Assembly (NCBI GenBank): GCA_051362555.1
Contig: CM120649.1
Span: 2,046,001-2,110,000 of the forward strand
Direction: 5' to 3'
Length of the DNA: 64,000 nucleotides
Origin: Lingula anatina
Lineage: Eukaryota > Animalia > Brachiopoda
Shown here in pieces: positions 35,750-48,351 of the stretch; the stretch's first letter is position 1; each line of letters begins with the position of its first letter. A model generated the notes under the pieces. It searched no databases, was not told the origin of the DNA, and worked only from the letters and a program-made list of their open reading frames with translations. The position numbers and the translations under genes are program-made.

Positions 35750-38700
35750 ATGCCACTGTTCGGGAAATCACAGAAAACGCCGCAGGAGATGGTGAAGAAT
35801 TTAAAGGAGGCTATTTCACAGATTAGTAGGGAGGATAAGAAAGGAGAGAAGGTAAGCAGGTTTGCAAAAATTTATTTGAAAAACCTCTTACAGAGGAATG
35901 AGGAAGTTTTTACCAGTAATCATTTTTTTTGTTTGTTTTTTTCTGAAGTGAAGTTTTTCTCAGCTGGTCTCCGGTAAGATACGCCCTTCATCTTTAGTTT
36001 ATTAAGGTTAAGATTGAATTTATTATTGCCTTAGGTTATGTAACTTTTGTTTTCAAATAAATGCCAACATTATTATTGCTGTAGTTGTTAATTATGATGA
36101 TAATGATGATAATTATAATACCCCCTTACTCTCTAGGCTTCAGACGATGTATCAAAGAATCTAGTGTTAATGAAGACGCTGCTGTATGGAGCAGGTGACC
36201 AGGAGCCTCAGTCTGAGCAAGTGGCGCAACTGGCGCAGGAAATCTACAACAGCAAGCTGCTGCTACTTCTGATACAGAGTCTACATAGGATTGATTTTGA
36301 GGTGAGTGACACTCCTTTTACGTTTGGAAGTTATAATTCATTTCAATTCAGTTCAGTTCATTTCTGTACTGGTACATAAATTATCATGACCTTGTACAAT
36401 ATTAATATAATGACAACAATACAGTTGGTGCGTTACCATTTCTCTTATTGGTAATTGTGTTGCCAGTTTGTGAATGAACAAATATACATCTTTACATAAT
36501 GAACAAATGTACTAGTTAAGTTACTAATAAGATATCCAAGCTAGGCGGTGAGATATATTGTGGTAAACTCTGCTCCCTGATTAAGCAAATTTTGTGAAAC
36601 ATGAAAATTGATGTGCAAGGCAAGTGTAAGGAAGTTATGATCATATGGTCTAAATGTAAAGATAAATTGCAAGCTACGATGTCAGGTTTTTCCGTTTTAA
36701 TTTACAACTTTCACCCAAATCTTTATAACTTGTTTCTGTTGTCATATATATATATTTTAGGGCAAGAAAGATGTGGCTCAAATCTTCAACAATGTTCTAC
36801 GCCGTCAGATCGCCACTCGCTCGCCAACTGTGGAGCACATTTGTACCCAGCCAGAGATTCTGTTCACGCTCATGAAAGGGTGGGTAGTTTTGAACAAGAT
36901 TGTGTTCTGCTCTGATGAAAGATAAGATAAATCAGAAACAGGTCTGCTTTTGACATTAACTAAAATTTGAGAAAATTAGAAAAAAAACGGACCCGATAAA
37001 CTTAGGGACCATTCCCACAGATATTTGGATCGATCAATCTGCCTGGGGAGTCTCACCAAATTGCTGTCAGTTAACCGGCTTAAATGTCTGTCACACCTAG
37101 TAAAGCTGTTAGGGGGTAATTACCTTAACCCCCTAGCTGTGACAGACGTTTAAACCGGTTAATTGACAGCAATTTAGTGACACTCCCCAGGGAGTTAGAT
37201 CTATCTAGGCATGGGAACCCAGTCTTATACTGCCTTGAAGTATAGGGGTGTGAGCACTTCAAAATATTATGAGTGGAAAGTGAATTCAGCCATTGGGAAC
37301 TGATAAGTAATGTGACAAGTGATATTGAATGTACAATAACATTGAATGAGCTGCTGCTTCCACCTAGAAAGTAAACATAATTTGTTGGCACGAAACCCTT
37401 TAAGGGGGTGTTCAGTTCACACCTTGAGAACTTTTTATTTCGCATAAGTGTTGATTTTACCAAATAAATGTGAAGATTGCTTTCAGTTGTAGATAATAAG
37501 TGTCATGTTTGTTGGGATGGGAGGGGTACAAGGGTATGTAAATGCATACTTATTTATACGAGTATGTGTGTGCATGCACGTGCATTTTGTTTACCCAGCC
37601 TGTATTAGATTTTAACTAAAAATCAGCATAAATTAAATATACCAGGTTGGTAGGTAAAGACCGAACTTTTGTCCAGCGCACATACTGGGATAAGAATTAG
37701 AACTTAGGGCAGGTTTCCAACTTTTTGTGGAGCCAAAAATATTATGGACCTAGGCAGCCCCCCTGGACCCCATGTGCCATCTTTTCTGACCTTTTAACTT
37801 AATGTCCATCTCAACCTTGATTATATACTGACCATATTTTCTTGTTAACCTCAATTATTTTCCTGTTCACCTCATGCCTGGGAGATAACATAATTAAGGT
37901 TCATAATTAAGATAAATCATGTGAACGAGTTCTTCAGGTGTGATGTCTGCCCTTGGCTGACTGTTGATTATCCATTGCCCAGGGCACCATAGTCTGGGTG
38001 ATGTTTACATGTTATAATATCCACTTTTACATAGACTGCTTAGAGTCGTAGAACCCATTCCCATAAACACCATTGGTCTCCATGGATCAATCAAACTCTA
38101 CAGAGACTCTTGCTGAGTGCAGTCAGCTTAACTGAATGGCACACCTCTTGTTTCCAACTTCTCATATATATCTACAGCCTTTTCTGTATTTTACATAATG
38201 CCAGGAGTTGGTGTGTGAATCTGTTGAACTGATTGCATTCAGCGAGAATTCCCACAGAGTCGGGTCGGTCTGCACAGACAGATGCTGCTTGTGGGAATGT
38301 AGCCATAGCGTACCCTTGTAAAATTAAAAATTCAAATCATTACCACCTTATGAGATATGACTCATTGCTGGTCAACTGTAGAAACTATAAGGCATACTAC
38401 GATTCAGAAGTAATTTAGAACATAGGTTAACTAGTTAAAGACTATTTTAATTCAAAAGAATGACATATAAAAGTAATCTTGGTAAAAATGGAGGAGTTTC
38501 ATTTATCTAAGAGTTGGTTCCAAGGACTCTGCAGGATATAACAGGCATGGGCTTTTTCCACGGAAATGTGGAATTCCGCGTTTTTCAATTCAATTCTGAT
38601 AGTATATTGAAGGTTAAGTCTGTGTAGTTTCTGAAAAATGTTCAGAAGTTTGTTTTTTTTTTTTTTTTTTTTTAGGCCCATGTCCGATATAAGGTCATCT

Positions 38701-41700
38701 AATCATATTCTCTGTTTAAGAAGCCTATCCATATTCTTTCCTCAGGTTACTCTCATCTCCTCTAATGTCATAATTGCCATTATTGATTTTTTTTTCTCTG
38801 TCCTCATGTGTGTTGTGATCCATAGTAAGTCTTCATTTTTTAAAGGCTAAATGTGATTTGGTGAACTTGGTCATTTGTCAGGGCTGATTATGTTTTAATG
38901 TAGATAGGGTCAAAGCCATTGTGATCTCTTAGTAACAGAGGATGCAGTTAGAATGGAACCTCCATTGTGTCCCCTTTTGTAATAACTAAATAAATTTGAT
39001 GAGAATTATCCATGATGTTTCTCAGAAATGGGTTTTGTTTGTCGTGATTTTTAGTTTTTGAAATGGCATTTTGAAAATTTTAGAATAGCAAATTGGGTTT
39101 GTCTTCAACTGGTTTAAGTACTTCTCATCTTTCATGTCCTTCCAAATTGCTAAATATGTAATTCTTTACTGCTGCATGAATTTCAGATATGAGAAACAAG
39201 AGATGTCCTTTGGCTGCAGTTTAGCAAACTTAGAATAATACAGGGTTAAATGAAATTTAGGACCCCTTCTCTTCATTAATGCCCTCAGTTTATTTCTAGT
39301 ATTCAAATATTAGTATCTGGACATCGTAATTAGCTGGAGTGTGATGTTGATGGAGTTTTATTATGATGAAGCCTTGCAAAGAACAAGACGTGATTAAATG
39401 CTATTTAGTACTGCTTCTCGTCATTTATGCCTTCAAATAAAAAAACAAACCAGGGTTAAATGATATTTAGTACTGCTTCTTGTTATTTATGTCCTCCATG
39501 TATGTTTCAGCTATGAGCAGCAGGAGATAGCACTGAACTGTGGTATGATGCTGAGAGAATGTTGTCGTTATGAGGCCCTCGCCAAGATCATGCTGTACTC
39601 CGAGGAGTTCTACAACTTTTTCCGCTACGTTGAAGTCTCTACGTTTGACATCGCTTCAGATGCCTTTTCTACATTTAAGGTGGGCCATGAATGTTGATTT
39701 TGTAAATTAAAAATAAATAAAATAAATGACAAGCGGTTTGGATTTAAGTCACCAAGGAAGGAAGTTTTTTTTAAACAATATTATTAATTAATTAGTACCA
39801 CCAGCGTATACGCTGGCGGTACTCATGGTTTTAGTCCCGACCCGTCTCGTACGGCTCCGCCGGCTCCTGCGGCTCCGCAGTCGGGCGCCGGAAACAAGTC
39901 ACCGTTACCGCTTCTCCTCCTAGACCGCCAGGACCTGTGTCCCCATCTCTTGGATTTAGGTCACATATAATCTCAACTTGAACACCCTGGTTTTTTTGTC
40001 TCTGTCGGTGCATTGGCCTGGGCGTGACACTTGTTGAAACGCACCCTTGTCAAAATTTTTGAAAATTCAAGGCTAAATATCTCCCAAACCAAAGGAATTA
40101 TGGGAAAAATTACTACAGAAGTCTAACCGAAAGTCATATGTGGAGATTCCAAATATGCCCTTTGATATGACTTTTGACCTTTTTTTCAAGGTCAAACAAG
40201 CCAAATTTTTCTAAAAATGGGAATTTTCTGCAAAAAAATATTTGTTTGTGCTATTTTTTGGAAACTACACAGATCTAAGCTCTCCTGTTACAGTGAGGGG
40301 TTACAATTGGGGACTCCTTTCATCTTTGGGAGTTTGGGGTCAATCGGTGCATTTCCACGGGAGAAGCAGCCATTAGATACCGAAACTGAAAACTTGCCTT
40401 TATTCTGGAATGGTAAATGCCAGAGACCTTTTGTTCGTAGAACTTTGTAGAACTTGTCAAGTGCAATACTGGAGGTGGTGTCCATTTTTTTGTTTTCCAT
40501 ATGGTTTAGGCATTGCGCTATATCAAAAATTACAACATCGCAATATTCAGTGGGGAAAATGTTAAACATTCCAAAACTGGCAGAGATACGCCCATAGTTA
40601 CTATTGAACTTGAATAGGAAGTTATATACAAGTAATCTAACTGTGACCTTTAAATTGACCTTTGACCTACTTTTCACCATGAACTGAACTTTGCAAATTT
40701 TCTAGCCCTTATATCTCCAAAACTGGCAGAGATACACCCATAGTTACTATTGAACTTTAATAGGAAGTTATATACTGGTAATCTAACTGTGACCTTTAAA
40801 TTGACCTTTGACCTACTTTTCACCATGAACTGAACTTTGCAAATTTTCTAGCCCTTATATCTCCAAAACTGGCAGAGATATACCCATAGTTACTGTTGAA
40901 CTTGAATAGGAAGTCATATACTGGCATTCTTATTGTGACCTTGAAATTGACCTTTGACCTACTTTTCAACATGAACTGAACTTTGCAAATTTTCTATCCC
41001 TTATATCTCGAAAACTGGCAGAGATAGGTCCAAAGTTACTATTGAACTTGAATAGGAAGTCATGTACTGGCAATCTTACTGTGACCTTGAAATTGACCTT
41101 TGACCTATTATTTATGATGAACTGCACTTTGCATGTTTCCTGGCCTTCATATCTCCAACATTGGCAAAGAAATGCCCATAGCTACTATTAAACTTTTATA
41201 GGAAGTCATATACTGTGACCTTGAAATTGACCTATGACCTACTTTTTACCTCAAACTGAACTCTGCATATTTTCTTGCCCTTCATATCTTCAAAACTAGC
41301 AGAGAACTGCCCAGTGTTGTCCCTAGGTTTTCTCTTTTGTCAGCATTCCGGTATATGCATTACTGATAATTAATGCATTTCAAGGAAAACCAATAGGCCT
41401 TTTGTCTAGAAAATCACAGGAGTGATCAGTGTTAGGAAAATACAGGTTAATTAGGACATCTCCTTGATTGGACCATTTTAACTGTTATGTTTTTTTGATT
41501 TTTTTTTTTTCATATTTTGAGAACTCTTGTTTATTGCATTTTATAGAGCTTGTCAAGCACAAGACTGGTGGTGGTGTCCATTTTTTTTTTTTTTTTTTGG
41601 GGGGGGGGGTCCATACGAATGCGCTTACTCCAGCTGGTGGTACAATATCCAGAGGCGGTATCGCCTCTCTGATCCTCTAGTTTTTTGAGGCAACAAGACA

Positions 41701-42925
41701 AACAAAAATGTGGTGGAAGTGTTAAAACTTTCTGTTTTATCTAGATTCAGATTTATCTACATTAAGCTGCTAAATTTGAAATCTAACTTACTCATACTTA
41801 GCTGTTTTATAAAAAGTAGGAATATTGACAAATTTTTTTGATAATAAATGTTTACAATTTTTATTCATTGTCTTGTTATAAATATGATTCTCTTATTTAT
41901 ATTAAAACTTTATTATTTTGATATGAATATTGTAGGAGCTGTTGACCAGGCACAAGATCCTGTGTGCCGAGTTCCTGGAGGCCAACTATGGCCGTGTATT
42001 TGACCAGTACCAGGCCTTACTGAACTCTGAGAATTATGTCACCAGGAGGCAGGCGCTCAAGGTGAATACAACCACCACGTCCCTCCCCCCCCTCTCTCTC
42101 TCTCTCTCTCTTTCTCTCTCATTCACATTTTTGCTTCAGCTGCTTGGTGAGCTTCTTTTGGATGAATATTATTTCACACACGCACTTTATTTTACATAAG
42201 ATATATATGTTACAGTATTTACGTAAAATATTTATTTTATTTTGTTTATATTTATTTGTACTAATTGTTATTTATTACATTTTCCCACCTTCAGCTGCTT
42301 GGTGAGCTCCTGTTGGACCGGCATAATTTCACCACCATGACACGCTACATCAGCAACCCAGACAACCTCAAGCTCATGATGAACATGCTGCGGGAAAAGA
42401 GCAGGAACATCCAGTTTGAGGCTTTTCATGTTTTCAAGGTCAGGACAGGGTCTCTTTGGTCTAAGATTGAGATTGAGAGAAAATTAAGTTTTGTAAAAAG
42501 TGTAGAAAAAAGGCAAATGAATGTTTGGTAATGTAGTCTCTTTTTAATGAGTTTTTAAGAGTTTTTTTTTTCTTTGTCACCTATTCCAGAATCTTTTTTC
42601 CTCCATCTTAATTTCATTGCAAGAGCCGTTATTTTTAGCTTACAAAGTTCATATCTTTTAAAGATGGTATATTGATAATATATGAGTGCAACATAAAATG
42701 TTACGGATATATATCTGATCTAATTTTCCAATATAATTCCAGGTTTTTGTGGCCAATCCAAACAAGCCAAAGCCAATTCTGGATATCCTGCTCAGAAATA
42801 AGGAAAAATTAGTGGACTTTCTAACAAAGTTTCATACCGATCGCTCGGAAGATGAACAATTCAACGATGAAAAGGCTTATCTTATAAAACAAATCAAAGA
42901 ACTCAAAGCTCCTGACGAGCACTAA
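35750..42925 (+). CDS. CAB39: Calcium-binding protein 39 / MO25, 335 aa
   Basis: Exons 35750-35851, 36137-36301, 36761-36879, 39511-39679, 41936-42061, 42295-42438, 42743-42925. MO25 signatures: [114 protein letters not shown]. Confidence 0.97.
37008..37220. mobile_element. MITE family B, copy 3 (divergent, almost fully palindromic)
   Basis: GGGGAGTCTCACCAAATTGCTGTCAGTTAACCGG pairs with CCGGTTAATTGACAGCAATTTAGTGACACTCCCC. Confidence 0.75.
39187..39238 (+). pseudogene. Degenerate duplicate of the start of CAB39 coding exon 4, ending in a stop
   Basis: TTTCAG acceptor, same phase as the true exon. Reads [10 protein letters not shown]...* versus the true [10 protein letters not shown]. Confidence 0.6.
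39791..41680 (+). mobile_element. HINE-type element, second full copy, with about five 146-bp units (about 40570-41310)
   Basis: GTACCACCAGC (39795) and GCTGGTGGTAC (41633) form the subTIR. AGAGGCG-GTAT-CGCCTCT hairpin and CTAG end. Unit starts at 40715, 40861, 41007 and 41153. Confidence 0.85.
42140..42199 (+). pseudogene. Partial duplicate of the start of CAB39 coding exon 6, ending in a stop
   Basis: CTTCAG acceptor. Reads [19 protein letters not shown] versus the true [14 protein letters not shown]. Confidence 0.8.
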
Positions 42926-44949
42926 TATTTAGCAAGGAATAGCTGTTAAACTATGTTACTACATTTTTTTATTTTAATCGTACTAATTATACAATTATCT
43001 TAGACTATTCTAATAGACATGAAACTAGTAGAACAGTCAGTAGGATGTTGATCTGTTTTTGTCAGATTTTTTTTTCAACAGCTTGTGTCTAACAGAAAAG
43101 TAAGGGGGGGGGGGGGCAGCGAGTTTGCTATGCAGTAGTTTTTGTCAGTTAGCTCTGCAGCTTTCATTCTCAAATGGACAAGATTATTAAAAATGAAGCG
43201 TTCATGAACCGTTTTGTTGTATTCGAGAGTTGCATTGCTTTTTGAACATTCATGGAGACCAGAGTTACAGCAATGAATTTTCTAGCGGAGAAGAGGATTG
43301 AAACGGAGAAAGAAAAGGATAGACTGTGCAGTTGTATGATGGAATTTACATTAGGTCTCTCCTGTTATCTGTTTGCAAAGAATTTGCTAGTTTTCTTTGA
43401 GGATATTTTGCTTTACTTACAATACATCTACTTCTGTGAGCCTTTACTCAAAACAGGAACTCAAACCAGTTTTATAAATGGACTTGAGCTGAGGGTATCT
43501 CTTAACTCTATGACTGAAAATTTAAGTATTTTAAATAAGATAGATGAGCTGTAGTCCACTTGGGTTTGACTTTTGGGCCTATTTTACAGAAAAAAAAAGA
43601 AAAATAATGGTTCATACTGATATATCGCTCTTCTTCAGTGGACTTCTGTAAATAGAACTTGGATTGAGGGGGAGGCAGAACAAATGTTTTGGACTTTCAC
43701 TTCAGACCCAACTTGGAATTGATCTGTAATGAAGCAGGGGTCACTGCTATGGACTTACCTGCAGGATTGTGCACAAGGTTTCTCAGTTAACAGATCTAAC
43801 AGAGAGAATAAAAATTTGACTTTGGCAAGGAGGGAAAATATTTCTGATTATTATTCAGCTTAATTCAACTCAATTTGAGAAAAAAATTATAATGCCTCAA
43901 AAATGTTTTGATATCTATATGTGAAAAAAATGCTGCAACATATTAAAATATTTTGAGTAACATATTGGTACATGTATTTCGCAAGTTCTTTGTGAGTATT
44001 AAATGGATTACCATTTACATAATGAAAAGAAATGATTAGAGAGGGAATTGACATAAATGAGTAGTTACTTTATATGTATACCATTAGGGTTTATCTAAAA
44101 CATACTACCAGTGGTGCAAATGGTTGTAAATTTAATTTCCTCATATTTTTCAAGCCGAGGCCTTTTTCTGACAGGTTCTAAGTATTAGGACCGGGCCCAA
44201 ATAAGCTTGTATGTAAAAAAATAGTGCAGCATTCCGTCAAGTCTGTGTGATAAGGCTGGCAGTGAAGTGATATTAAATTTCAGAAACGTAGCGCAAAATG
44301 AAGCAATTTAAAACTGCCTATGACAAACGTTACCTATAACAATTGGAAAGCTTATTAAAATATCTCTTTGTCCATGATACACTGCTTGATTTCGTTGAAG
44401 AAGGCGTGATTCTAAACAGATAAAATTTTCATTTGCATCAACAAAACTTCTGCTTAACATTTAAGATGTCAAAGCAATAATATGTTATTTTAATTTCTGA
44501 AATACTTTTAATTGATTTTGAGAGAATCGTCAAAAAAGAATCTTCCCTGTAATGGTGTGAAGAAATCTGAGTTTCTTAGTCAGGATGATTTTCATAAACC
44601 TGTTGATAATAGAAGTCAATTTGTGATAAATACCAACACTCAGGGTTGAAACTTTCACAAATTTCACGCAAAGGAAAATGGCAAATCTGAAGAAAATATT
44701 GAGTTGGGTATTGCTTATTTTTTAAGGTTATAATGTTGTACAAAGGAAAGATCTGACTTAAAAACAATTGACTTTTATATATTGAATGTATCATGGTGGG
44801 GTGGGAAAAATGCGGTAGGTTTAGTTATTCCATGAAACTGTTGTGGTGGATAAATGCACCCATCAAAAGTAAAAAAAAAAAGAATGTCAAAAAAAGAATG
44901 TGTTAGAGAAGCCTGAGCCTGACACAATCAGAAATCAGAAATATGGCTG

Positions 44950-45157
44950 TATTCCCAGAGCTTTTAGATCGATCTATCCCCGCGGGGAGTCTCACTAGAT
45001 TACTGTCAGATAATCCGGCTTAAATGTCCGTCCCGCCTACTACAAGCTGTCAGGGGGTAATTAACTTTCGTGTCCGCTCGGCTGACGGCTATTTAGCGTG
45101 AACCCCCAGGGAGTTAGGTCGATGTAAAGTAGATCGATCTAATCTCTGGAAATGGGG
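44950..45157. mobile_element. MITE family B, copy 4
   Basis: Closely similar to 25595-25801. Confidence 0.85.
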
Positions 45158-45730
45158 TCTATATCAGGGATCACAAGGTGTCAGAACGGGCATTGGACGG
45201 AATTGTACTTTCTGACCACAGGGTGCGCTAGTTGTCTGTTACAAAATATCTTCACTGTCACATTGTAATTTTACATACCATTTTAGCCTTTCCCCCCTCC
45301 CCATCCGTATTAGGAGAGTAGTCAAATTGCTAATTTCATAACTTTTACGCTTTCAGTTTCAAGACAGTTGATTTGTTTCACGATATGATAGACCATATAA
45401 GTAAAAATAGACCATATGAACCGGAAGCGTGACCTAACCAAAATAAGAGGATTTTTTTAAATGGAAAAATGGGTTGGGTACTGGCATGGTGTGTTATGTG
45501 GAAAAAATTACCGTTGACCGCAGGGAAACAACTGATGATGTTGCTTTTATCTTTTACATCGCCTGCAATTTGGATATGACATACCCCTATGCATAAACAG
45601 TTCTTTTTTTAAATTTAGAATTTAGTTGCTATGCTCATAAACCATAGTTGAATTTTCAAAAATATGAAATTCATCCACCGACCCTGTTTATATACAGTAC
45701 GTCGCCGCTCATTAACCAACTTATCAATTT

Positions 45731-46282
45731 CAGGCCTTCCCAACTACCAGACTCGGCACCTAAGGATCCTGAATTAACCGGTATATCGGACCACACTACC
45801 CGTTTTCAAGGTATGTGTCAGATCGCATTTCGGAGTATCAGCCAGAACACCGACAGGATGAGCCCTGGCATGCTCGGCTGTCACTTTGATTGGATAGTAA
45901 ACGATTGTCGTAAAGTCGCTATATGATTTTAAAACCGGGCGCATAAATTTGAAAGCCACCTAGATGAACCTAAGACTGCCACATTAATCTAATACAATGC
46001 AAAAAAAAGCCCTATCAAAGTGGTTAAAACATTCAAACCGAATGTCGTAAAGTCCCCATATACCCCCATAGAGACAAAAAAATAGAGTACTCTAAAGTAA
46101 GAGTACAGTTTCAGGTTGTTCAGCCAAGCGTGGATGAGCCCGCAGTCGTGCTACAAAATTTATTCTGGGGTATGATACTCCGAAATGCGATCTGACACAC
46201 ACCTTGAAAACGGGTAGCGTGGTCCGAGATACCGGTTAATTCAGGATCCTTAGGTGCCGAGTCTGGTAGTTGGGTAGGCCTG
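45731..46282. mobile_element. Non-autonomous DNA transposon with TIRs of about 110 bp
   Basis: 45731-45840 is the reverse complement of 46173-46282 with few mismatches (CAGGCCT...AGGCCTG). AATTT occurs on both flanks. Confidence 0.9.
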
Positions 46283-47127
46283 AATTTTGTTTGGCATAAG
46301 GCTACGTAGATCTAGGTAACCTGAATTTTCAAGAGGCTCAAAAAGAGTCTTATCTTCATTAATATAGAGACACTCTGTTCTGCTCGTAGCATATGTGAAA
46401 GTAGACGTTTGTTCTAATACCGTTATCAAGCACCTCCCATCTTTGTCAACGCTGGCTTTATATCGTTCCCTTTACCTTGCTTAAACTGGGCTGGATGTGG
46501 CACAGGTACTGGTACACCAAGGTGGTAAAAGAGGAAAGGTTAGTGCTGTTCTTTATTGTTATTCTTTTATAATGATCTCTACATAATATGTTTAGTTTTG
46601 TAAGCTCATTTTACTTCCTTTTATACTATCTGGATCAAACACGAAAGAAAACCATGGGGTATATATGCGGCTGCGCAGAAAAGTTCTGTCGATTTTTAAC
46701 ATGGAGCTCGGGGTCATTATATTCTTTACTCTCAGGTCACCGTCAGGTAACAGAGCCTGACAATAGACCTAAAACATGACCTCCATTGGGAAGGAGAAAA
46801 TGCAAACAGGCATCTTCACGCAGAGAGCTAGTCTTCACAGGATTCGAATAGTAGGTATTAATGAACCTGTCAATAAGTTGTGAACAGAAAGTTAGTTTTT
46901 GCCGGTAATGATTTATACGAAGTTACTCTTAAGCTGAAGGCGGTAAGCGGCTAGGTACATGTAGGCACACCCTTAACAGAAATCCATATGACAAGCTTTC
47001 GATGAAAATGGCTAGGTCACACAGTCTGCACCTATGATAGGCCTAGTGGAGAGTAAAATATTAAAGGACAACGTCTCTTTCTTGGGCCTTAGAATAAGTA
47101 AATGATGATTTCTAGACACCGTTAGAG

Positions 47128-47129
<2 letters not shown>

Positions 47130-47174
<45 letters not shown>
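47130..47174. repeat. poly-A tract
   Basis: About 45 consecutive A. Confidence 0.95.
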
Positions 47175-47176
<2 letters not shown>

Positions 47177-47284
47177 AGCTGCACAGGAAAATGATGTTGA
47201 CGCATGTGCAGAAAGTGCACTTTTTGAAATGAACAAGTGTTTACAGTCTGTTTATTCAAGAAGTTGTAAAGTCTGGTTTATTAA

Positions 47285-48210
47285 AACTACTAGCGTGAAT
47301 GCTGGCTGGTGCTCGTGGTTTTCGCCCGGCCAGTCTCGTCCACCCGCGTCCCCATCACTTGGAAAAAGGTAACATTAAATAGGCCTATCGATCCAGCCTA
47401 TTTTGGGTCTGTCAGTGTAGTCTAGTGCATTGGCCTAGGTGTGGGGTTTGTCGTATTGCACCGTTGGAAAATAAAATGTTAAATATACAGTGTATGGCCG
47501 CATTCACATCAAGTTGAACCATGGCTCTACAAAACCACGACCTAAATATGGCGGACGTACATGAAAGGAAAACCGCCTAATCTTTTAATAGTCTTTCCGC
47601 CTCTCACACGCCTCCCCATGTGTTCTCAATGGAGCCGAGATTTAATGACTCTACCCCCGCAGGGCGACGCATGGGAAGGCGTGTGAGAGGCGGAGAGACT
47701 ATTAAAAGATTAGGCGGCTCTAGATGGCTTTGTAGAGCCATCATGGCCCATTGCTCGACTCGATGTGAATGCGGCCTATGTATCAAACCGAATAGGAATT
47801 ATAGGAAAAGTTACGATAGAAGTGTGATATATATATATGCCTTTGGATTAATCTTTGACCATTTTCAAGGCCAAATGGGCCAAATTTTGTAAAAGAAACA
47901 CTTTTTTCGCGAAAAAATATTTGATCGTGCCGATTTTCAGAAACCTCATTGACTTTTATAATATGGTGAGGTCTCCTTTCATCTTCGTTAGTTAAAGGTC
48001 AATTGCACATTTGCGCTATTTCAAAAAAGTACAACTGAAACTTCTTTACCCTTATGCATGTGTATCTGTAAAATTGGCAGCGATACATCCATAGTTACTA
48101 TTGAACTTGAATAGGAAGTGATATACTGGCAATCTAAATTACCTATACCTTGAATATGACTGTTGACCTACATTGATGTACTTTTAACCCTAAACTGAAC
48201 TTTACAAATT
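47285..48210 (+). mobile_element. Decayed, 3'-truncated HINE copy
   Basis: Matches the HINE 5' region (GTGCATTGGCCT, TTCAAGGCCAAATGGGCCAAATTTT) and one 146-bp unit (CCATAGTTACTATTGAACTTGAATAGGAAG). Confidence 0.7.
47496..47776. mobile_element. Harbinger-like fold-back MITE nested in the decayed HINE
   Basis: TIR GGCCGCATTCACATC / GATGTGAATGCGGCC with TAT on both flanks. Internal inverted repeat of about 48 bp. Confidence 0.85.
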
Positions 48211-48351
48211 ATCCGAAACTTATGTGAAATGTATAAAGTCTACAAAAATAACGCTTTTGACCTATAGCTATTAACCTCTTTCCACAGGTGTTGGTGTCCT
48301 AGTACAACATCAGAAGATGTACTATTACTAGTAAGCATATATGTCAGAGAT

